Below are positions 57,420-64,000 of a stretch of 64,000 nucleotides of DNA, piece by piece. Positions within the stretch are counted from its first letter, which is position 1. The number at the start of each line of letters is the position of its first letter. This DNA comes from Bdellovibrio sp. (GTDB lineage Bacteria; Bdellovibrionota; Bdellovibrionia; Bdellovibrionales; Bdellovibrionaceae): positions 416,001 to 480,000 of the forward strand of contig JAKFBS010000004.1 of assembly GCA_036677065.1 (NCBI GenBank). The letters are read 5' to 3'. The position numbers and the translations under genes were made by a program. The notes under the pieces are model-generated. The model did not search any database, had not been told where the DNA came from, and saw only the letters and a program-made list of their open reading frames with translations.

Positions 57420-57971
57420 TTATGGGTTGGTTTTAATTTGGTCGATATAATATCTTAATTCGCCGATGCTTTCGCGAATATCACCTAAAGCACGATGGGC
57501 GTTCTGCTTACGGTACATTTTATCAAATTTATTATTAAAAATAATCTTCCAAGAGCTTACGTCTAACATTCTGTAATGTAGGCGCTCTGCGATTTTTGGA
57601 AAGTACTTATCTACAAATAAACGATCTTGTGTGATTGAGTTACCGGCCATGATGGGACGAAACTTTTTGTCTTCTTTCCATTGTGGCCAATGACGGTCAA
57701 TCATCGAAGTCACGTGAAACTCAACCGTGTCTGGCTCCATACCGTTCGGCACAGCAGCTGTTAAGCCTGAAGCTCCGTGATGTTCGGTATTCCAAGCATC
57801 CATCGCGTCTAGGTACTTTTGCGGCTGTTTAACGATGGCTTCAAAGCTATCTAGCTCTTTGAAATCTAAGTCAGTGATAATGCAGGCGCATTCGATCACG
57901 ACTTCTTTGTTTACATCAAGGCCTGTCATTTCCATATCAAGCCAAAGAAGTTTTGAGATTTTATCTAACAT
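57420..57971 (-). CDS. orn: Oligoribonuclease
   Basis: WLDMEMTGL, AGNSI, HYRMLDVSS, HRALGDIRESI. Confidence 0.94.
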   Translation of the reverse strand: MLDKISKLLWLDMEMTGLDVNKEVVIECACIITDLDFKELDSFEAIVKQPQKYLDAMDAWNTEHHGASGLTAAVPNGMEPDTVEFHVTSMIDRHWPQWKEDKKFRPIMAGNSITQDRLFVDKYFPKIAERLHYRMLDVSSWKIIFNNKFDKMYRKQNAHRALGDIRESIGELRYYIDQIKTNP

Positions 57972-57982
57972 GTTTTTAAAAC

Positions 57983-58324
57983 CTATTTCTTAGTTTCAGT
58001 TTTTGCTTCAGGCATTTGAACTTTATAGTTATCGCCAGCTGTTTTTACCGCTGCTTCAAGAGCCGCTGTATCTAAAGTTTTACCTTCTTTTAAACGTAAA
58101 GAGATTTTGCCAAGTTGTTTTTTGCTATCAACAACAGTTACGCCACAAGATTCAAAATTTTCAGCTAATTTAGCATCAGCACATACTTTTTTGCTGATCA
58201 TTTTAGTACAAGCCGCGCAATGAACGCCTTCTACGATCAGGTCAGTCGTTGAGTCTGTAGTTGCTGCAGTCGCCAGCGATAAAGTCGCAGTCAAAGTAAT
58301 AAGCGTAAAAATAAGCTTTTTCAT
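57983..58324 (-). CDS. Periplasmic heavy-metal-associated (HMA) domain protein
   Basis: Signal peptide; VEGVHCAAC; SD AGGAG. Confidence 0.75.
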   Translation of the reverse strand: MKKLIFTLITLTATLSLATAATTDSTTDLIVEGVHCAACTKMISKKVCADAKLAENFESCGVTVVDSKKQLGKISLRLKEGKTLDTAALEAAVKTAGDNYKVQMPEAKTETKK

Positions 58325-58502
58325 AGGAGTCTCCTTCAGGATTTTGTCGAAAACATAGTATGAACCAAAGTCGGCACACTGGGAATCGGGAATTTATCCC
58401 CAAATAAGTTTTTATTGCTATTTTATTACGCACTGTAAAAAAAGTAGTTGAAAACAAACCGTCTTTCCCAATATATTGGTCCCACTGCAAATATTACTTA
58501 AC

Positions 58503-58579
58503 GGAGTTGTAGTTAAGTTGGTTATAACGTCCGCCTGTCACGCGGAAGGCCGCGGGTTCGAGTCCCGTCAACTCCGCCA
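58503..58579 (+). tRNA. tRNA-Asp (anticodon GTC), CCA encoded
   Basis: Acceptor GGAGTTG/CAACTCC, anticodon arm TCCGC-CTGTCAC-GCGGA, GGTTCGAGT T loop. Confidence 0.97.
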
Positions 58580-58654
58580 TTTTTCTCTTAAACAAAATCA
58601 AATATTTACCTTCAAAAAAATATGATACCTTCTAGTGGTTTTTTGAGGTTCAAA

Positions 58655-59053
58655 ATGAAAACAATTATTTTTGCCTGCGTACACAGTGCGGGTAGGTCGC
58701 AAATGTCGGCCGCATTTTTTAGAAAACACACAAACCCTTCATTATTCACGGCTATCGCTGCGGGTACTGAGCCCGCGGCTAGAGTTCACCCAGAAGTGGT
58801 AACGGTTATGCAAGAGGTTGGCATTGATCTGTCTAATGCAAAGCCCACATTGTTAACCCAAGAGTTAGCTCAAAGTGCAAGCCTGCTTGTAACTATGGGA
58901 TGCGGAGAGAAGTGTCCGTTTGTGCCAGGTCTTAAAGTTGTAGATTGGTCTTTAAAAGACCCCAAAGGACAAGGTTTAGATAGCGTTAGAATTATTCGAG
59001 ACGAAATTGAACAGCTTGTATTGCAGCTAATTGAGGCAAATGGATGGGCTTAA
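58655..59053 (+). CDS. arsC: Thioredoxin-type arsenate reductase / LMW-PTP family
   Basis: CVHSAGRS P-loop, TMGCGEKCP, DWSLKDP. Confidence 0.85.
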   Translation: MKTIIFACVHSAGRSQMSAAFFRKHTNPSLFTAIAAGTEPAARVHPEVVTVMQEVGIDLSNAKPTLLTQELAQSASLLVTMGCGEKCPFVPGLKVVDWSLKDPKGQGLDSVRIIRDEIEQLVLQLIEANGWA

Positions 59054-59124
59054 TTTACATAAAAAATATCAAACTTTCAAACATCCTTGATTCAGTGTTA
59101 AAGCGGCTGCTATTTAGTCTCTAG

Positions 59125-59535
59125 ATGAAAAAATCAGTCTTCGCCTTAATAGCTACTCTTGTTCTGTCTACGCCGTCATTTGCAGCTAGCTGCAACTCTC
59201 AAAATTTGATCGGCGAGTGGACAGCTAAAACTGAATTAGCCTCGGCACCACATTCGGTTTGCGGTAAGACCGTAAAAAATGAAAAGACTGTCTTCACATT
59301 TGTGAAAAAGGCCGGAAAATTTTCTGGGGCTGGTGTGAACGTGACTGTGACAACGTTTCAGAAGTCTTGTTCACCAATCACTAAGACATTAAAGTACCCG
59401 TTTGTTGAATTATATTCTGACGGCAGCTTGGGTATCATGTCAGAAAATGGCGCCCAGGTCGCTTCTGATTGTGCTGTAAGTTCTGACCGTTCTAAGTTGA
59501 AGCTTGGTAATCATATTTATCAACGAACAAAATAA
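59125..59535 (+). CDS. Secreted hypothetical protein
   Basis: Signal peptide ending SFA; LIGEW motif; four Cys. Confidence 0.7.
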   Translation: MKKSVFALIATLVLSTPSFAASCNSQNLIGEWTAKTELASAPHSVCGKTVKNEKTVFTFVKKAGKFSGAGVNVTVTTFQKSCSPITKTLKYPFVELYSDGSLGIMSENGAQVASDCAVSSDRSKLKLGNHIYQRTK

Positions 59536-59557
59536 TTCTTTATTGTTGGGAAATTTA

Positions 59558-60124
59558 ATGGATTCAAGTTTTAGTCATGTTGCTTTGCTGGTGCCATCTG
59601 TTGAGGCGTCCTCAATTTTTTTAAACTCTCAAAATATAAAAACAGAAACTCCCGAAGTTTTTGAATCAGAAGGCACAAAAGAAGTTTATGTTGGATCATA
59701 CGAAACTCAAAAAGGACTTCTATTACTTCTTGAAGCAATTTCTAAAGGTCCTTACAAGCAGGCCCTGATTAAGCGAGGACCTTCTTTGCATCATATTGCA
59801 ATTGATGTGTTGGATACAGAGGCGTTTATCATTAAAGCGCAACGTTTGGGTTGGCAGTTGCATCCAGTAAGTAAAAAAACAATGTCATATAAGACGGCTT
59901 GGTTTTTTCTAAAAGGTATTCCAACGCTAATTGAAGTTCACCAGAAGAAAACTTTATCTACACAGCCGAATAAAATTTCAAAAATAGAACTTCCGTTACA
60001 AAAAGAACACTTACCTCTTTTTGAAGGGATTGGCCTGGGTGACATAGTGTCTTGTGGTAACGAGCTTTGTTTCAAGGTTGATGGCAGAAATCTATTTTTT
60101 AATCAGATAGCCTGCCTCAAATAA
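59558..60124 (+). CDS. VOC/glyoxalase-family protein
   Basis: SHVALLV, KRGPSLHHIAIDV, LIEV. Confidence 0.75.
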   Translation: MDSSFSHVALLVPSVEASSIFLNSQNIKTETPEVFESEGTKEVYVGSYETQKGLLLLLEAISKGPYKQALIKRGPSLHHIAIDVLDTEAFIIKAQRLGWQLHPVSKKTMSYKTAWFFLKGIPTLIEVHQKKTLSTQPNKISKIELPLQKEHLPLFEGIGLGDIVSCGNELCFKVDGRNLFFNQIACLK

Positions 60125-60135
60125 ACTCTAAAACT

Positions 60136-60519
60136 TTAGCTCATCATTACGAAAAATAATGAAAGCAACGTTGTTCCAAAATAAACGAACATATTCGCTG
60201 AACCCTGAAAATCGTAAGTGATTCTTAATCCGAAAAGCAAAAATCCAAACAGAAAAAGTGAACCTAAAAGTGCGAATGGCAGTATCGCAATATTAAAAAA
60301 CGAAATAACAAAGGCTATAGTTAGCACAGCTTCGAAAGCGGCGATGAACCAGTAACCTACTGAAGCGCCTCCAGGAAGTCGTTTGATGAACGTGTTCTCG
60401 AACTGTTTGCCGAACCAGTCTGGCATTGAAAGAGTTTTCCATTTGTCGTAAGCGGCAGTTCCAAAGAGTACAGCATAAATAAAGATGATCGCATAATTAC
60501 GGATAAGCTGAAATGTCAT
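60136..60519 (-). CDS. DoxX-like small membrane protein
   Basis: AYDK...WFGKQFENT...FGLRITYDFQGSA; four TM segments. Confidence 0.7.
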   Translation of the reverse strand: MTFQLIRNYAIIFIYAVLFGTAAYDKWKTLSMPDWFGKQFENTFIKRLPGGASVGYWFIAAFEAVLTIAFVISFFNIAILPFALLGSLFLFGFLLFGLRITYDFQGSANMFVYFGTTLLSLFFVMMS

Positions 60520-60627
60520 AGTTTTCCTTCTAAGTCTAATGTCGATGCTTATACGGTACACAATTGTGTTGATCCGAGCAAGGCTCTGATGTTTAATCCC
60601 CCTCAAATGACTTTGGGGGGCAGAGTT

Positions 60628-61803
60628 ATGATCAAAAAGTATGTGGCTTGGTTTTGCCTAAGTCTGTTAGTTACGGCCGCATCGCACGCAGGTATTATCA
60701 AAAATAAAACTTATTTTTCGACTGTCGGCGAAGTAAATAGCTTTCTTTGGGCTCCGCAAAGATATCAAAACGATTTTAGATACGATATTTTTTATTATAT
60801 TCCTAAATCTCTAGAAACAAAAACAAACGCAAGTGCCGTGATCTTCATGCATGGCGGTGGGTCTTCAACAATGGATCGTGAAGGCTCGATCAAGACGGTT
60901 CTTCTTTACATGAAGGACTTAAAAAAAATTGCTGATGAATTAGGTATTATCGTTGTTCTGCCTTCTGCAAATGGTCTTAACTGGGGTGGGCACACGCGCG
61001 GCTTACTGCGCGAACTTGGCTGGCTGATTAAAAAAGATCTGAATATTGATGTAAACCGTTTAGGTGTTTCAGGCCATTCGATGGGTGGTATGGGTATTAC
61101 CCGCAGTTACAGTTGGATTGCCGATGAATTTTCTTTTTATTTACCGATGGCCGCCGGTATGGATGTGGCTTGGCAAACCGAGCCTTATCTGAATAAAGTT
61201 TTTAATGTTCCGTATGTGCACTTACAAGGGCTGCAAGATAGCTTTGATATTTTTGTTCCCCGTTGTGAAGAACAATTAAAAAGAACAAAAGAATTAGAAT
61301 CACTTTACGGCGTAAATTCAAAGCTTGAGATCGTTTTTTACAATGGCGGTCATAATTACGACTACGACTTATTTAAAAACACATTAAGCCGACTTGTAAC
61401 TACAGCCCCCCGCGATCTGTATCAGAAAGAACTATGGGGCAGTCTGCATACGGTAAAAGGTGCGCGCACTGAAAATAATATTACCTTTGATTATGAATCA
61501 GAATCTAGATACTTCTGGATCGAACTTAGAAAAACTGATCTTACAGTAGCAGAGGTCGTCAATTTTCATGCAAAGATTGATAATAACATCATTCGCATTG
61601 ATATGCCGACGCTTCCGAAACAAAGTAAAGAGCTTCGAATATATTTACATTCAAAGATGATCAACTTAAGTAAAAAAATAACTGTCGAACTTAACGGAAA
61701 AATCGTTTACGTTCGTAAAGGCATGTACGGCAGACTTCGTAATATGGATACCCGTGATAAAGGTTTTAAGTTCGAAGATGTTATTAAAGTAAAATTAAAT
61801 TAG
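60628..61803 (+). CDS. Secreted alpha/beta hydrolase (esterase/depolymerase-like)
   Basis: IFMHGGG, GHSMGG, GLQD, GGH; signal peptide. Confidence 0.8.
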   Translation: MIKKYVAWFCLSLLVTAASHAGIIKNKTYFSTVGEVNSFLWAPQRYQNDFRYDIFYYIPKSLETKTNASAVIFMHGGGSSTMDREGSIKTVLLYMKDLKKIADELGIIVVLPSANGLNWGGHTRGLLRELGWLIKKDLNIDVNRLGVSGHSMGGMGITRSYSWIADEFSFYLPMAAGMDVAWQTEPYLNKVFNVPYVHLQGLQDSFDIFVPRCEEQLKRTKELESLYGVNSKLEIVFYNGGHNYDYDLFKNTLSRLVTTAPRDLYQKELWGSLHTVKGARTENNITFDYESESRYFWIELRKTDLTVAEVVNFHAKIDNNIIRIDMPTLPKQSKELRIYLHSKMINLSKKITVELNGKIVYVRKGMYGRLRNMDTRDKGFKFEDVIKVKLN

Positions 61804-61810
61804 GTAAAAA

Positions 61811-62431
61811 ATGTTAAGTATTTTTATTCAAGGTTTTCTTCTTCAGGCCAGTTTGATTCTTGCCCTTGGGGCTCAAAATATTTTTGTTCTAAATTCGGGG
61901 CTTCGCAAGCAGCGGCACCTGTTAGTCGCCTTCGTTTCATCTGTTTGCGACACGATTCTTATATTTGTTGGCGTTCTTGGTGTGGCTACGTTTTTTATTC
62001 AGTTTCCTTTACTAAAGATTGGTCTTGGTGTTGTCGGTGTCGCTTTTTTACTGTTCTATGGAATTCTAAAACTTAAAGAAGCAGTGAATGGCGTTGAGAT
62101 TTCTCAATTAGCAAAACCGGCAACGACAATGAAGCAAACAATTCTAGCAAGTCTTGGTTTCAGTTTGCTAAACCCTCACGTGTATCTTGATACCGTCGTC
62201 TTAATCGGGGGTTACTCTTCTAAATTCAGTTTTATCAACGATAGATTCGCTTTTGGTGCCGGAGCTTCTGTATTTTCGACAGTTTGGTTTTATGGATTAG
62301 CCCTGCTTGCTTCAATCGCAAGTCGTTTTTTAAACAATTCAAAAGCTATGCGGACCGTGTCGTTAGTTTCTGGTCTTATTTTAGTTTTACTTGCGTTGAA
62401 ATTAGGAAATGATGTTATCGGTTGGATCTAA
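61811..62431 (+). CDS. LysE/ArgO amino-acid exporter
   Basis: LGAQNIFVL, CDTILI, LLNPHVYLDTVVLIG. Confidence 0.9.
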   Translation: MLSIFIQGFLLQASLILALGAQNIFVLNSGLRKQRHLLVAFVSSVCDTILIFVGVLGVATFFIQFPLLKIGLGVVGVAFLLFYGILKLKEAVNGVEISQLAKPATTMKQTILASLGFSLLNPHVYLDTVVLIGGYSSKFSFINDRFAFGAGASVFSTVWFYGLALLASIASRFLNNSKAMRTVSLVSGLILVLLALKLGNDVIGWI

Positions 62432-62437
62432 GCGCAT

Positions 62438-63385
62438 ATGAAAATAACGATTTACATTTTCTTGCTGAGTTTCTTGATGTCTTCGCTTGGTCTTGCCAAA
62501 GACCTCAGTTGTTATATCGATGTCACTTGCACTAGCGGGGCTCGTAGTGGCAGCACCGGAAACCCATCCACCGGTAATCAAATTCGTATTAACCCCTCTG
62601 CCGTACCAACACAAAAGGGTTTTGGCCTTGAAGGCATTTATTTTAACTCAGAAACAGATTTTTCCATAGTTCAGGGTATCGGTCGCATTGGTGCTGCGGT
62701 TTCGCCTTCGAACAGCGATGAAACATTTTTTGGTACGCCAGGCTTAGAAATTACCGAAAATTTGTTAGATCGAAAAATAAACGATAAAAAATATCCGAAT
62801 CAGAAAATCAATTTAGCTACAGCTATGGTGCTGACTGAAAAGAATCGCACTTTATTTAAAAGTTATGCCCTTAAATTAGGTGTCATGGCTAAGTATAACC
62901 GACTGACTAAGAATGTTAATTTAGGAGCTGGTTTAAGCGGTATGCTTGGGCCGCTGACTTTTGGGTATTCGAATTATAATGATGAATCGCTTTTGGATTA
63001 CGGTCTTGAGGGAAGTGATCCGACAGAAATTGCGAAATACCGGGTGCAGACTTACAGTGTGGGCGTGTCGGTGAATTCTTTCTTGCTGGATGTGTCGCAA
63101 CTTCGCTACGTTGACCCTCAGTATGATTTTGCAGAAGAGTCTTCGGTTAGAATTATTACTTTAAGTTTTAATTATAAAAAATTTATTTTCACGGTTTCAG
63201 ACCGTGTCGAAAATTCTCACCGGCCGGTTTATAATTACGATACGAAAATGCTGGAAGAGCAATTCACTAAGAAAGATAGCTTTCAGGCGATTCAGTATAT
63301 TGCTTCGAAACATGTGACCGTTGGGCTGCTGCATAATTACTATTTGCTGCGTGAGTTGGCTTTGACTGCTACGGTGTTTTTTTAA
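62438..63385 (+). CDS. Probable outer-membrane beta-barrel hypothetical protein
   Basis: Signal peptide, amphipathic strands, C-terminal LTATVFF. Confidence 0.6.
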   Translation: MKITIYIFLLSFLMSSLGLAKDLSCYIDVTCTSGARSGSTGNPSTGNQIRINPSAVPTQKGFGLEGIYFNSETDFSIVQGIGRIGAAVSPSNSDETFFGTPGLEITENLLDRKINDKKYPNQKINLATAMVLTEKNRTLFKSYALKLGVMAKYNRLTKNVNLGAGLSGMLGPLTFGYSNYNDESLLDYGLEGSDPTEIAKYRVQTYSVGVSVNSFLLDVSQLRYVDPQYDFAEESSVRIITLSFNYKKFIFTVSDRVENSHRPVYNYDTKMLEEQFTKKDSFQAIQYIASKHVTVGLLHNYYLLRELALTATVFF

Positions 63386-64000
63386 TCAGGCTCAACAGCA
63401 TTCAAAATATCTGAAGCTTCCCAGTGCGGAAGATCTTCTTTTAATCCCGCGAGTAAAGTTTCAAGATATGCTTCAGCTTCATCGCGGCGATTAGGGTCAG
63501 TTACACCATTTGCAGTTTCACGCCATTCTGGTGAAAGCGCTAAGCGGCTTCGTAAAGCAGTCGTGAATAAATCAATCCATGTCGGTGCAGTGAAAGTAAA
63601 ATTTAAAGCTAAGGCTTCACCTTGTGCTTCTGTTGAATGCCAATAACCGCGCGGAACAAAAAGCATTGATCCAGGTTTAAGTTCAATAGTTTGCGCAGAT
63701 TTTGGCATGCTAAATGGAAGCTCTTCATCTAAGTATCCAGCCATTTCGTCATCGGGTTTTGTACCCATCGTGTGACGGGTAAGCGGATTCGGCACATGCT
63801 CGTTCGGAGCCAACTTCCAAATTTTAGTGCCGTGAATTTGTAAAACAAAATTAATGTTTTGATCAAAGTGCGGGGCAGTGCCCTTGCCATCCGGAGTTGC
63901 GTAAATTAAACAGCGCGAATAAGTTTGCGACGACAAGCCTAAGTCTGCGCGAATTTTTTCGAGCCATTCCTGTAACAACGGCGAAAGACGGTGAGCTTCA
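63382..64000 (-). CDS. JmjC/cupin_4 (YcfD/RoxA-like) 2-oxoglutarate oxygenase, 5' end outside the window
   Basis: APHFD, QIHGTKIW, LKPGSMLFVPRGYWH; frame stays open to the window edge. Confidence 0.85.
   Translation of the reverse strand, partial: EAHRLSPLLQEWLEKIRADLGLSSQTYSRCLIYATPDGKGTAPHFDQNINFVLQIHGTKIWKLAPNEHVPNPLTRHTMGTKPDDEMAGYLDEELPFSMPKSAQTIELKPGSMLFVPRGYWHSTEAQGEALALNFTFTAPTWIDLFTTALRSRLALSPEWRETANGVTDPNRRDEAEAYLETLLAGLKEDLPHWEASDILNAVEPD

Overview
A 64-kb AT-rich bacterial chromosomal segment. Gene content and order (minimal PutA; lnt-mutS2; subtilase-Slt-clpA-clpS-pilA-pilG-like-dnaJ-dnaK; SWIB-map-ahcY; orn; many secreted hypothetical lipoproteins) point to a predatory Bdellovibrionota (Bdellovibrio/Pseudobdellovibrio-like) genome; this is inference. 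It holds about 60 CDS, tRNA-Gly(GCC) and tRNA-Asp(GTC). I found no CRISPR, integrase or transposase. The most interesting signals are non-coding. (1) An intergenic palindrome GTCTCA-N3-TGAGAC recurs at least 10 times and sits 3-5 bp (once 13 bp) upstream of five candidate sigma54 -24/-12 promoters. (2) Many genes look leaderless, including five sigma28/FliA-type promoters whose -10 box ends 6-7 nt before the start codon. (3) A structured RNA candidate appears to be sigma54-driven. (4) A FliA-type promoter drives a translationally coupled operon of lipoprotein, outer-membrane barrel and beta-propeller lipoprotein, the last with a probable CTG start. (5) A two-copy covarying double-hairpin repeat has CsrA-like GGA loops. 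(6) Two terminators are embedded in the coding starts of downstream genes. All calls were made by eye, without database searches.
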